From positions 21,036 through 85,035 of the forward strand of contig RDEW01000104.1 of assembly GCA_011109175.1 (NCBI GenBank): 64,000 nt of DNA, in the 5' to 3' direction. The translations under genes were made by a program, and so were the position numbers. The DNA is from Dicyema japonicum. Taxonomy: Eukaryota; Animalia; Dicyemida. Shown here piece by piece: positions 1-12,559 of the stretch (positions are counted from its first letter, which is position 1; each line of letters starts with the position of its first letter). The notes below the pieces were generated by a model. That model was given only the letters and a program-made list of their open reading frames with translations, searched no databases and was not told the origin of the DNA.

Positions 1-330
1 TATTTTATTGTAACCGTAATGGTATGTGAAATTTAACAATTGCTTCAAACTCTATGACATAGATGAAGCCTCGAACAGGTTACATGCAAATCTCGATATT
101 CTAACAACATGGCTATTTGACAATCGACTTACTCATTTCCCGTCGAAATCCAGCATTACAGTATTTACTTACGATTGTCGACAGTTTTATGTTCAACCTG
201 AAGTGAAGATATTTGTAAAAGTTCTGAAACAGAAACTGTGAAAATACTTTGGATCATTTTTGATAAATCCCTTTCTTCTCGTCTCACGAGGACATGTCAT
301 CCTGAACATAAAGCTCTCCGTGCTGTTTCT
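1..330 (+). mobile_element. Degenerate I/Jockey-like LINE fragment (end of RT, start of thumb)
   Basis: ORF 26-241 (LDILTTWLFDNRLTHFPSKSSITVFT) resembles the post-YADD region of the LINE at 1004-2901; frameshifted; continues off the window edge. Confidence 0.5.
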
Positions 331-880
331 GGAGTCAAATTCTAATTTTTGTTATTGTGAATTGCATCAATATGGCATGTTCATTATAGATCAAAGAGGT
401 ATCGGCACGAAAATGAGAATCCTAATATACGACTCATTCATAAAACCCGTATTTTTATATAACCCTGGAACTTGGGAGACCTCACCAGCGGATATGGAAA
501 AACTAGACTAGTTCCACAGAGGTCAGCTGAGAAAAATAACAGGAACTACTTGGCCTACGAGAATATCGAGAAATGCTTTATATAAGAAATGCAGCACTAG
601 ACCTATCAGCTTAGAAGTACTGAAATCCCGATGAAAGCTCTTCGGACACGTGCTGAGGATGGAATTAACATCCCCACCGAACATATCTATGGAAACATAC
701 TATGTTAATCAAGAAGCCCGCTATCGTGGAAGACCTAGAACAACACTGCCTATAGTTTTACAAAAAGACCTGGTCAATATTAAAAAAATCTAAAAAATGC
801 CGACGACCTGGACAGCATGAGAGTGTTGGCTAGGAAGAGGGGAGCATGGAAAAGGATGACATTAAACCTCGTTTTTTGCT
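330..880 (+). mobile_element. RTE-like non-LTR retrotransposon 3' remnant
   Basis: Translation RILIYDSFIKPVFLYNPGTW..KLD*FHRGQLRKI..LFGHVLRM..RGRPRTTLP..W matches the RTE-clade thumb/C-terminal pattern; in-frame stops. Confidence 0.6.
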
Positions 881-1003
881 GCACATGCGAGGTTATAATT
901 AGTATGGCTTTCGTGAAGTGCTTAAATAATAATAATGATGTTCACTATAGAGAGGGTTTTTTTAACTCAAGAACACCAACAGTTAATTTAATTACTAAAT
1001 TAA

Positions 1004-2901
1004 TTAAGTGATCTCGAAGGCCTCAATCTGAATTCTCATTTTCTCCTCGTGCGCCTTCTGGGATCCAACACAACTTCTCTGTGGGCGGGGTGGTTTCGGG
1101 AATAGGAATTGGAAAGGGGTGATGTATACCTTTCTCATAAAACACGTCGTGGCTGTGTATTGTTGAGAGTTGCACTGCTTGCACAGAAGTAGCAAATCCT
1201 TTTCCATTTTGTCGGATCAGGTCTTCAAGTGATGAGGGTATTAGTTTTTCTAGTTTCCCGAGATTACTAATACTAGTGGCTGTTATGGCCTGAATGTCCC
1301 GGATTCTTTGTTTGTTAGTCCAGGACAGATTGATTCCCCATGACGTACAGGCATAGCTGACAGAAGGCTCAATGAATTGTTTGTACAACAGTTTCAAAGC
1401 TGGGAAAGAGGTTTTAATGCCACCGAAAATAGTTTTGATTATCCCTAGCTTTCTTGAGCAGCTTCCAGAGACCGCGTCGACGTGAGGTGAAAAAGACATG
1501 TGTGTGTCGAAGGTGATCCCTAAGATTTTCAGTTTCTTCGTGAAAGGTATTTTTGTCTGGTTGATAGAAATATCCACTCTCATTTGTCCAAGTCTTTTGT
1601 CTGAGGTAAATAAAGACGAAAAAGATTTTTCAGTAGATATATCAAGCCGGTTATAATTTAGCCAAATTTGAATCTTGTGAAGATATTCTTGTAGTCTTTC
1701 TGATGCCTTTGGGATATCTTGGTCTCAGGATCCGATTAATAAGTCATCAGCATATGAAAGGATGAAATCGTCTTTATTATCGGGTTGCGGTAAATCGGAC
1801 ATGTATAAGTTAAATAAGGCGGGTGATAAAGGGGAACCTTGTGGGACACCATTGGGTAGTAATCTTGAAATTGATTTGGTCCCATCCATGTATACCCTGT
1901 CCCTTCTACCATTTATGAAGTTATGAAGTTAGCAAGCCTATTGGTTAGGGTTAGGTTAGGGTTTTGTATTGGGGTTGACGGGGAGAGCAAACAATTTCCG
2001 GGTTAGGATTTTCTTTGAGACAGAGTCGAAGGCCTTTTGTAAATCGATCGAACAGACGACTGTTTTGAGGTGACGAGGATTTGTGTTAAAGCCTTCAATG
2101 ATAAATTGGTTGAGGGAAATTAGGTGGGTGGAAGTTGAATGACCCCTTCTAAATCCATGTTGTGAGGTCGAAAAAGGAAGGAACGGGGTTATAATGTTAA
2201 GAATCAATTTTTCCAATAACTTTGATAAGGTGCATAGTAACGAGATTGGACAAATGATGCAGGATTGTTTTTAGGCTTGCCAGGCTTAAGGATTGGGCGT
2301 AATATAGTACAGTATCCAGATAGTTGGAATTGTATTCATGTTTATTTAATATCACTGTGATTGCATCAATCGCAATAGGTCCAAGGTGTTTTAGTATAAT
2401 ACCAGGGATAGAATCTGGCCCACATGAAAGGGAAGAATTTATCCTCTTCAAACCCTCACTGACTTCTGAATGAGGGATAAAGTTAATCGGCTTTGTTCTC
2501 TTCGGTCTTATTGAGGATAAAGAAGGCCCATCCATTTTCCTGAAAGGTTTGTGGCTTATATTGGCGTAATATTTCATGAGCTTGTTAAGATTGTGCTGAT
2601 CCGTCTGTTGTCTTTTAAAATTTCCTTTTGGACCAAGTTGTTTAATTTCTCTCCATATCGTCTGAACAGATTTCTGAAATGGAAGGGAAGATACTAGTTT
2701 GTCCCATCTGTTGGCTTCTGTTTTTCTAATCCTTTTAGATATTTCGTCATTGAGAGTTTTTGTTTGATTTTTCTGTCCGGGAAAGGAAGGTACATGTCTT
2801 TTCAGGCGATTCCTTTCTTTAATTAATGATTTGGTGTTCTGATCAAGTTTTTCATTGTAGAATTTAAATGATCCACGCGGAATGAATGTTCTCCGCGCCA
2901 A
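1004..2901 (-). mobile_element. I/Jockey-group LINE ORF2 remnant (RT plus thumb, 5'-truncated, frameshifted)
   Basis: SCGPDSIP, SQHGFRRGHST, SIDLQKAFDSV, GVPQGSPLSPALFNLY, SYADD, LGITFD and YACTSWG motifs across three frames; ends EAFEIT* at about 1004. Confidence 0.85.
1943..1961 (+). repeat. Short telomere-like repeat patch (TTAGGG/TTAGG)
   Basis: GGTTAGGGTTAGGTTAGGG interrupts the LINE RT reading frame. Confidence 0.5.
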
Positions 2902-2929
2902 GAGGGTTCATTATAGAAAGGGTTAACTG

Positions 2930-3005
2930 TATTTTATTATTTAATTCGTAATTAAAATTTTATTTCTATTTAATTAAATTTAAATATATAAAGTTTTTGA
3001 TTCTC
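2930..3005 (+). promoter_or_regulatory. Near-pure A/T island upstream of EIF3B (typical of every gene start here)
   Basis: Similar islands lie just upstream of LAMP-like 1 (10735-10850), SECISBP2 (18910-19035), GAK (20930-21040), LAMP-like 2 (25720-25770), AP3D1 (29810-29910), PMS2 (35430-35520), RPS3 (37250-37310) and ACLY (53640-53690); promoter role is inference. Confidence 0.5.
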
Positions 3006-3019
3006 GTGATAGTCTTGTG

Positions 3020-5475
3020 ATGGTTGAAGAATCTAATATGCCAAATTTTAGTGATGACAGTGACTTCGTGGATGAAATCTCTGATTCAGGTAATTAACAA
3101 ATTTCTACATCAGAATTAATTCCTGAAGTAATGTCCAAAAGGCCTACATTAAATACAAACTTTGACTCAATAATCGTCATAATTGGCCTCCCAAAGACGG
3201 CAGTGGAACAAAAGGCTGTCCTCGAGAAGAATATCCGCAATAAGTTCCACCCTTTTGGAGACATTATCTGCGTCTTCATCCCTGTGGTCGATAACCAGAC
3301 AAGTGGGTATTCCTCTTTCTAACAATAAGCTGCTGCTTCGTCGAATATGCTCAGTCCAAGGGTGCCATCAATTCAGTCTCCGCTATGGACTCTAAGAAAC
3401 TCGGAAACAGCAAGATTTATGTGAGCTTATATTCCGACTTTGAGAGGTAATTGATCTCGTGGTTACTTCAGACTGAAAGATTATCATTTTCCCTCAGTTA
3501 ACGTAGAAGAAGAAAACCGAAAAATTGAATCAGTAATTTCAGAGATAATCCCCAGATGAATTTCTACGGCTGGCTCTCAACCGACGAGGCTCAGTTCGCC
3601 GTGATCGATGGGACCTCAGTTCAGATCAAAGCTAACGACAGAAACTCCTCCAAACTTATCTCTTCCATCGAAGATGTTGGTGATTTGAAGTATCCTAGAC
3701 AAGTCCCATTGAGAAGTTCCTATGGTCTCCGCGTGGGACGTTCCTGGTGACGTTTCAGCACCAAGGGGTCACCATTTACGGAAAGGACTCACTCGAAGTG
3801 ATCTCTAGACTTCCTCACGAGGGAGTCAACTTTGTCCAGTTTTCCCCCACGGAGAGGTCAATTGATTTCTTACCTCTCAGATATGTGATAACCGCATCTT
3901 TGACTGAGGACCACCGACCATCAGGAGAAGTCAGATGCTGGGTCACGTACTTTGGCACGGGGATCAAGTCTACAAAGATCACCAATGAGGTATGGCCCGT
4001 GTTCAAGTTCCACTACTTCTTTAAATTTATAGATTCAATCACTCCGAGGAGTACATTGCCAGGATAAGAAGCAAGTCTACCTTAACTGTCTTCACTATGC
4101 CGGTTTTTCTTGTCGTTATAGATTAGGACTTCACCACGAAGCTGTCGTTGCCATGCTGTGCTGAGTATTTGTCTTTAAGCATTGTAGCCATTTTGAGTGG
4201 ATTCCCTACCAAAACAATTTAGTTTACTTTGAGAAACACTCCTCAGGTGATATGAGGACCTTTAGAATCATCAACATTAACGGAGACAAAATCCTTTCCA
4301 AGGTTTACTCGACTCTGATTGACACTGTCGTCAGCTTCGACCTCAGTGGACACTTTATGATACTGCTGGCTCACATCAAGGCTCGTCAGGGATCTGTATT
4401 TGCTGTTTCTGATGGTTAGGGTCGAAATCACGTGTTGAATTTGGTTAGGATGACGGAAACTGGATGCCCCATGGAACGAGTGGATCCCGGAGCAGGTTAC
4501 ATTGATTCTATATGTATAGGAAAGCATATATATTCGTTTGCGTTTGAAGCGAAGGGGGATCGGTTTTGTGTGCTTTCTGGAGACAGTGATTCCACCATGC
4601 TAACACTTTATTCATGTGGGGCTTCGAAGTGCCGAGTTATTGGTTTTATTTTGTTTTTATATTGATTTTTAAAATTAATTTGAAATTTATTAGTTAAAAA
4701 ATTAAATTTTTTTCTAATATTATTTTTGTCTTTAATATTTTTATTTTTTTATTTAGTGATTAACATTTGTATTTTTTAGAGTCAACAAAGTCGAGAGCTG
4801 GTTACAATGGTATCAGTTGGTCCCCCGAATCATCTGTGCTAGTTATTATAGACTTTAGAAGGTTTGGTTCAGCTTATATTCAGCCCGACGTTGGAATTCT
4901 ATGATGTTAGTAACCTGAAGAAAATTCGTCAAGTATCAGTGGACCGGAAGATCAGTTCACATGAGTGGGATCCTACCGGAAGGTACTTTGTGGTCTCCTC
5001 GTCTTCTAAATTCAATATTGTTGATAATATTTTTTATTTTAGAACCAAGCTGGCTATTCCATGTATTCGACCTCTGGGCGTCTTATTTACAACACCTACT
5101 CTCGGATGTTCGTTCAAGCTGCCTTCAGACCTTCACCTCCATCTCCTTTGACTGCGGCACAGATAAAAGTACTCTTTGATCTTATTAGGCTATAAATGAC
5201 CGTTTTGAGTCTGAATCTGCCAATTTGAAAGACTTTGATGATAAATGCGATCAGGAAGCTTCTATCAAAAAACAAAAAATACGGAAAGTCCGTAGTCAAG
5301 TGCTAAAGTCGTGGCTAATTGATAATAAGGATAAAATGATTAAGACCCACAGGGAGTATATTGAAGCTAATGGTTTAAATTTTAATTATTCTTAGCGCCT
5401 CCTGACCGTGGACAACTTGTTGATGAGGAATATGAATTATTGATTAGTGTCGAGACTACCGTACTTGATGATTGA
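3020..5475 (+). CDS. EIF3B: Translation initiation factor eIF3 subunit B (RRM plus WD40 propeller), 15 introns
   Basis: Spliced by hand: MVEESNMPNFSDDSDFVDE..DSIIVIIGLPK..WSPRGTFLVTFQHQGV..QFSPTERYVIT..FAFEAKGDRF..EWDPTGRYFV..FRPSPP; no frameshifts once 20-26 nt GT-AG introns and one 137-nt intron are removed. Confidence 0.9.
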
Positions 5476-6232
5476 TTTTTTCTTAATAAAATTTTGATTT
5501 TTAATAGTAATACAAGATATACTCTTATTAGCAGGCACTCATTAAATCAACTCATTTTTAAGTTATTCTTGTTACAATTTCATTTATGTTAAATAGTTCG
5601 CACGTGGTGTACTGTAAAGTTGATCAGTCGGTACTGGTGCAGCATAGTACTTCCTGAGCACTTATAGTACATCCAGAAAATTAAACTCTCGAAAAAATAA
5701 CTTTGGAGCTAGGATTGACAAAGTGTGACGTATAAGATTGATGGTCCTCGGGTCTTTGGACGAAGTATGACCTAGATTTCTTATCATTTCTTTATGAATC
5801 TGAAAATTCCTTCCCATTTTAGTTTGTATGAAGATTTGAACATAAGTTCTGACTCTTAATGTATGTTTTTTATGATAAAAAATATTAATTTTATGGGGTA
5901 ATAGTGATTATAACTCTTAGTGATTAGTGCTGTCACATGTGTGTAAGTTCGATTCACACACCGCTACCTAAAAAATCGAGGGATTCTTTTATTCTGCTCT
6001 TTGTTATTTTCAAATCTTAAGAGTCCTCATATGATCCTCCTGTCACGAAAACGATCGGTGGCTACCCGGGATCAAAAAAGAAGATATCTCTCCCGTATTT
6101 TATTGGAGGGGTTTTTAACAGCGGATTTGAATAAACTTGTCGCTTGGAATGACCGCATATCACTTCGTCGCGAGAACTGCTAGGCACTAGTTGACTCTTA
6201 ATTTTTTTTGTATATAAATTCTAACACAAATT

Positions 6233-6268
6233 TATTTGACTATTATCGACTATTTGACTATTATCGAC
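6233..6268 (+). repeat. 18-bp perfect tandem duplication
   Basis: TATTTGACTATTATCGAC twice. Confidence 0.7.
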
Positions 6269-6339
6269 GGCATTTTATAAATAATAAATATAAGAAAAAT
6301 TGTAAACTGACATAAAGAATCAAAGTAACGTGCCTATGC

Positions 6340-6660
6340 AGAGATAGTTCAGATTTCATACCTCTACATGGCATGACATGTGACTGATATGGACATCATG
6401 GCCTTACAAGTCTAATAACCTCAGAAAGAGTTCCACGACAAAGCAATAAACGGATGCCGCTGCTAAAGCTGAGAAGGCATAGGGGTAGAAATACGAAAGA
6501 CATCTTGACCAGACTGCTACACGTTCTATGCAGTCGTGGTTGAAACAATTGGATAAATAAATAGGAATTCATTTTCTCAAAACGGTTTAAACAATAGCAA
6601 CACTCATAGGCCATAACGAACCTAAGACGAAATGACTTCTTCAGTTAATCTCAATTGCCA
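6340..6660 (+). mobile_element. Highly degenerate CRE-like restriction-like endonuclease (RLE) remnant
   Basis: Fragments DAAAKAEKA*G*KY and YTFYAVVVETIG parallel AADLAEKIKIKKY and YRFVPIAIETSG of the element at 7825-8546. Confidence 0.45.
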
Positions 6661-6959
6661 TCGCTAAATTGAACCATATGGCTATTAGATTAAATATCTC
6701 TTCCTTCTAGTGTTATTATCTGATCAACTTTAACTAGATGACGACAATAAAATGTATCGGGATCACGGGATTAGTTAGTTCGTGTTTACCTTTGGAATAA
6801 TTCTATGGTGAGACATTGCGGGGACATTAAATTCTTCCAATTTGACCAATTATTTAAAGCTCTTGCAATGAAATTAAATATAAAAAATTAAAATAGTCTT
6901 TCATTTATTTTAGAAACCAAATTCGATGGCAAACTCAGAATCCATAAGAGAGAACTAGG

Positions 6960-7330
6960 GGGAACATCCCGTTAATGTAGATATTGCTAACATTAGTGAT
7001 AAACTTCATTTATCAGACGTATAATTATTAAGTGAAATGTTCGGAGAAGAACAAGGGAATCCACTATGTTTATTTGTGGTGACCTGAAAATTAGCGATCT
7101 TTCCTCAGACATCTGTCCCCCATTGATTTTCTTGAAAATTCTTTCGGTAAAACACAAATTATTCGACATGAAAATTATGGGCCAACCCACACGAGATATG
7201 TTAAACCTCAGGAAAACATTTTCCGTGATATCTTGCTTCATGCTAGTAACTAGTTCTTGAGGAATATGGTTGCTTCCGATATCCATACCGTTTTCTGTCT
7301 ATCACCTAGCAAAATAGGGAGACGATACTA
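6960..7330 (-). mobile_element. Degenerate retroviral-type (rve) integrase core fragment
   Basis: ORF 6993-7286 FLRFNISRVGWPIIFMSNNLCFTERIF..SPQINIVD..RTF resembles G.P..I.SDNG..F..HPQ.NG..ER of integrase cores. Confidence 0.4.
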
Positions 7331-7824
7331 GGTATACATTCATTATGTAACCACCGTGAAAATAATCAGTAATAATTAATCGGTGGAGAAAGCTAGGCGC
7401 ACGATACGTCTCTTAAGAGTAATTGCCCAGAACTTGATCGTGTTATGGTTTTCCGTATTTTTCTGTCAAATGGTACTCTCCGAATCATCAGCAATGATGG
7501 AGGACCTATCCAATACAGCGTTCCAAACCAGTCCTCCGATGCCTTTGGTCGAGTTATTGTCAATTTTTTGAATTGGTTATTGTCAATTTTTCGGCTGAGT
7601 AATTTATGCCAGTTTAAAAACAACAGGTGCGTTATAGTAGAAATTATTGTACTTTAGTTCTTCGCTTGAGTCAAAAAATGGCAAAGGTGGTCTGGTTCCG
7701 AGGTTTAATTTAAGAATTAGAAGTTCCTCATACAGAGGTAATCCACTGGGGAATTTTGGTTTTCCAGTGTAAAAGATGTGACGATTTTCGATCCACATCA
7801 AAAATAGTAATTATTTAATTTATT

Positions 7825-8546
7825 TATTTTTTTTTTTTATAACAAAAATTTATTAACAATAAAATATTATTTATTAACTATGGGGGAGAGCGGCTGCTGA
7901 CATCACGGAGTAAGCGTTTCCGCGAATAACAGCGATACCAATTCTTTGCCTCAGCCAGACCGCTTCCCGCACGTCTTTCTTGCGGTGGGCCAATTTTCCC
8001 CCGATTTCCTTTAGGAAAGAGGCTGTAATACTTCCAGCCGCACCAGACGTCTCGATTGCTATCGGTACAAAACGGTAGCGGTCTCCAATTTCGCCATATT
8101 TTTTAATCTTGATTTTTTCGGCCAGATCGGCTGCCGATCCAGCAGACTGCGCCGAGCTGAGCATCATCGAGTTCGAGAAAGAATCCACAACAGTGCAGTC
8201 CCATACGAGCGATTTTCCCTCAGTGAACGGAAAGACAGTTAACCCATCCGGTCTTTTCCCATCTCCGCGGTCCAATCCCACAGGTTCCAATACTGCCGGG
8301 AAGCCTGCCGCTTCAAGAGCTCGCAAGACAATGTTGTTCATAGCAGCATGGCGGGGTGCTCTGCCCGCACTCCTTTTGCACGAGAGCGGGTGCAGCCCTT
8401 TGGCATCGACGATCCCTCCACAGCGACATTGGTGTTCGACGCAAACATCAGCTCCCAGGCGTTGTGCGATTCCAATCCGAATACAGTCATCGTCCAATAG
8501 GGTCCCCAGGGAGGAAGACGGGAGTGCATCCAGCCACGCTCCGTTT
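7825..8546 (-). mobile_element. 5'-truncated CRE-clade non-LTR retrotransposon (CCHC finger plus RLE), subfamily A, with A-rich tail
   Basis: Intact ORF 7874-8497: CRCGGIVDAKGLHPLSC, RH, RPDG, WDCTVVD, K.KKY, PIAIETSG, LRQRIGIAVIRGNA; A/T tail at 7825-7873; GC content far above the flanks. Confidence 0.85.
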
Positions 8547-8640
8547 TTTTATTAACAAAAATTTTTTTTTAACAATTAAACAAATGTCAGTTGAGGAAGC
8601 CTGCTGCGTGGATTGCGAACGAGTTCCCTCGGAGAGAGTT
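8547..8640 (-). mobile_element. Very short 3' end of CRE-like subfamily B with tail
   Basis: CGAGGGAACTCGTTCGCAATCCACGCAGCAGGCTTCCTCAACTGA encodes RGNSFAIHAAGFLN*; near-identical to 36030-36100, 57030-57095 and 58250-58312. Confidence 0.75.
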
Positions 8641-10858
8641 CCTTTAATTTATTTAAATTATTGCGAACGAGTTCATTTAATTTATTTAAATTATTAATTT
8701 TATAAATTTTTATTATAATAAAAAATAAAATTAATGAATTTTTACGTTATTTTTGATGGTGTCTAAGAATAGTGAATTCTAAGCAATTTTACTATTAGCT
8801 GATAAGTAGATTTCTTTCTAAACCTCATGAAGACTATGAAATATTTTGGGGTGATATTCATGATAATCAATCGAAAAAAGTATTCTAAACTGATTATAAT
8901 CATCTGAGCATTCACAAATGCTTAATCAGCTTAAACTTGGAAATTCCACAAATTTTAAATAACTAAACGTATAATTCCAAATCACTCAACAACTGACAGA
9001 ACTGGTTAGAGTCTTCGAGAAGACATAATCAATTGATTTTGACGTCATTTTAAGCTACCAGATTGTCTGTTACTTTTTTCATCTCCAACAAGAGCAATGC
9101 AAATTGTGAGGTTTCTCTCCTAATTACCTCCCACAAACATAGTGATCCCGCGATTCTGTTAAATCAACGGAAAAAGTTTTAATTTTTTAATAGCAGATCG
9201 AACGTCAAGCTCTTTAAAGAAGAACCTGAGACGAGGTCGAACAATGATAGTCCACAATAGAATCCAACAGAAAGGTTGCTTGTCTTTTAATCGAAGACTG
9301 AGTAAATATGCTACCCACTCGAGGACGTCTCCAGGCGGAGAGAAAGGGTTAATGTCTATAATTTGATGAAGGTCTGGTTCGATTGTGAGATTAGTGCAAA
9401 GTCAGTCGGAGAAGGACATCAAGGCAGTCCTCGAATTGAACGAAGGCACTCTAAAGTCTGCCTTCAGTCTGACGGACTACGAGAGGGCAGTAATGATAGC
9501 ATGGACGTTGAAAGTGCCATGAACATGCAGATCGAGCTGAACAGACTGCAGTGTCTACAGGAAAGGTTTGAGAAGAAAGTCAGATTTACATCAAATATAT
9601 TATGATGGGCTAAATAGAAAGGACGATTGTTTTTGCACGAAGCCAGATCTTATTCTAATTTTATTTATAACAAAAAACGAGAATCACCTACAATTAAAAA
9701 AGAGTAGGGGCCGTCAGGTTAACCCGGACACTTTAAACAGCCATTTCATTCTTTCTCAATGCTCCTCCCAGTCCCGATACACTTCCTATATAGATGAATC
9801 ACTTTTTGAAAGTAGCTAAGACTTTCGATTTTTCTTTTTTCTCCATCTTTTTGAAAACAATCTATCATTTCTTGTTCCTTTATAAACTGCCACCTGCATT
9901 AATTTCTATCATCAGTAATAAAACCATTGATTGCATCTATCTTTTAAATTTAATCAACAAGTGAATTATCAGGTTGATAATATTTACACTTGGCTGCCTA
10001 GAGTTGTTTATCATAAATTCACAGATTTCACATATTCACAGGTTATAAGAATTTTTGATGTATTTTTATTTCAATCAATCTTTTCTGTGCAATGGAAATG
10101 TCCTTCCTTTTCGAGCCATGTGGCACTTTGGAAATTAAAATTTAAATTCAATTAAAAAAATAAATTAATGAGACTCATCACATCAATATCTGCCAATGAG
10201 CGAACCAATCCACTGTAGTAGAAAGCGAGCGATCATTTTTAAATGCCGTAGTGGCACTGGGCAATTTTCTCGATTCACGTGGATCTCTATTGATGCTTAA
10301 GAATTAGAGAAAGCAAAAAAAGAAAGGATCCTTGTTAATGTAGGTGGAAGTGTAGGAATCTAACTCACAGCCAATCGTGAGTGAAAGCATTAACCACTTT
10401 ATTATTATCTAACATCGATAAAGGAATCATCAAAAAAGAAGGAGTTAACTATCAATTAAGAGACTTCGACAGAATGAGAGGTTTTTGCTGTGTTGCATCA
10501 TAGTACCACAGCTTTACTAAATCCAATCTTTATTCTTTAATAAGAATTTTAAAGAGGTGGGTTATTTTCCAAAATTTACGTGTTTTGTTGACTTGTATAG
10601 CTGATTAGTAGAAACGATAGGATTCGGAGCCGCATAGTAATGAAGCTGGAATTATTTTTCAAGATTCTCACGTTGTCGAGTAATGGAGGAATAGTTAAGG
10701 AGAGAAATTGATAATGTTAACTATATTTTCAATAATTAAAGATATTTAATAAAAATGGTAATGAAATATCTTTTCATAGATATTTAATATATAATTATAT
10801 CAAACAATTAAGATAAAAATTTAAAAAAATAAATTTGACCTAATAAAATTTAGACTAC

Positions 10859-12155
10859 ATGAACAGAACTATTTATTATATCATAATTATTCTGTTTAGC
10901 AAAATAGTCAAAATAAAATGTGATGAGAGATATATATTAATTAATTCATATGTAATTTTCAAGAATCCTTCAATAGTATATATTTCTTATACTTTAGGAA
11001 TATAGTTATCAAGGTTACTTTCCGAGAAACATATAGATGTATGGCAAACTAATGGTACGGATTTGTCTTCTTTAACTAACATAAAATTTAAACTTATTCC
11101 ATACTTCTACAATGAGTTTTATACTATTGACTTAGTAACAGAAATTGATTATGGTACGTTTTTTTGTTGTACTTAAGCTGGTAAGCGATATACTAATATC
11201 ACAAAGATTCCTAACACTAAATATGGGGAATACTACCGATGTGGTTATGCTTATATTAGTTTTCGAATAATATATCTGTTACATTTTATTCAATCAAGTT
11301 GCAATATCACGATAAAGGTTTTTTGCATCATTTTTTCAAAAAGGTTTTTATTAAAATTTATTTAGCTAATGACTGTAACCCAAATAATGACCCAAATACG
11401 CCGATTTGGTTTATATGTAACAAAAAGAGAATCCGAGCAGTAATAAGTGGAATTATCAAAATATCATATATTGACAATAGCGAAATTGTACACGTTTGCA
11501 TTGATTCTTAGATACAGATGAACATTTCGATGATTATTACTATAATGTCTTAACACATAATTATAATGACAATAAATATATATTGTATGGTGATTATTTT
11601 AAAATATCTATTACGGCGTATAAACAATATGGGAATGAATATCGTATTAATAGATTTTCTGTTTGTGTTGGTGATAAAAATGATAAATGTGTTTCACTTA
11701 AAAAGCAATTTAAACAAATTAAAATGGGAGGATATAATCACTGTGGATCCATCTCACAAAACTATAAAAATGTGTCAATCGAAATTTCATCTTTTAAATT
11801 ACAATTTTTCCGTGATGATTTGATTTTTGAATTTATTGGAGATGGTAAATAAATCCGACTGAATTTTAGATGAAGGATGCTTTGAAGAACAAACATCGAA
11901 TGAAATTAAAGACAAAAAAAACATATTAAACATCGTAATACTGTAAAACCGACTAAATTTTAGATAAAATAATTTTGACGAACTAATTTCGTCTGAAAGT
12001 AAACCCGTAAAAAAATTGACGAAAAATCAAATAATTGGAATCGTGTCTGGAGTTGTTGGACTAATATTCATATCTCTCACTGTCGCTATTTTATCAAACT
12101 GAAATCACATACTGAAATACAGGAAAGCATTCCATTAATCTTTGTAACTAACTAA
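10859..12155 (+). CDS. LAMP-like type I membrane glycoprotein, paralog 1 (homopolymer frameshifts: assembly error or pseudogene)
   Basis: Signal peptide MNRTIYYIIIILFSKIVKIKC; two Cys-paired domains (EYYRC..NDC and GYNHC..SFKLQFF..GCF); TM IIGIVSGVVGLIFISLTVAI; tail ..EIQESIPLI after restoring single bases; introns at the same positions as in paralog 2. Confidence 0.55.
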
Positions 12156-12559
12156 TTTTAATTTGTAAACACTCTTCACTTTATTTGAATTTATTAAATT
12201 ATTTGAACAACAGTCGATATTCGAAAAACTTACAAAATTTTGAAATTTGACAATTGTAACAAAGTATACCAGATGATTTATCCTAACTTTGGCATCGGAA
12301 ACCCCTTGTTCAACATAAAAGATCTTTGGCTAACAGGAGAAGACCAATTCGTCGAATCTGATAAATAATGAACAAGGTCCCAAGCATTATTATTCTATGA
12401 TCAATATTTCGGACATACTAACAAGACAACAATTTTCCCATTTATAATATAGGCTGCCTTTACAGTCCACTTCGCTCAAATAAATTAATAATGTGTACCA
12501 CAATAGCTTGTACGACTATGAGTAGTTATTTTTTATCATGTCAAGACCAATGTAAAAAC

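Noticed and set aside
5937-5962. GTTCGATTC T-loop-like motif with a GTGTG/CACAC stem, possible tRNA
   Set aside because: Loop geometry is wrong, and no acceptor, D or anticodon arms can be built
8109-8555. 148-aa plus-strand ORF, and similar ORFs such as 33468-33848 and 44222-44551
   Set aside because: Antisense shadows of GC-richer coding sequence on the other strand, with no recognisable motifs
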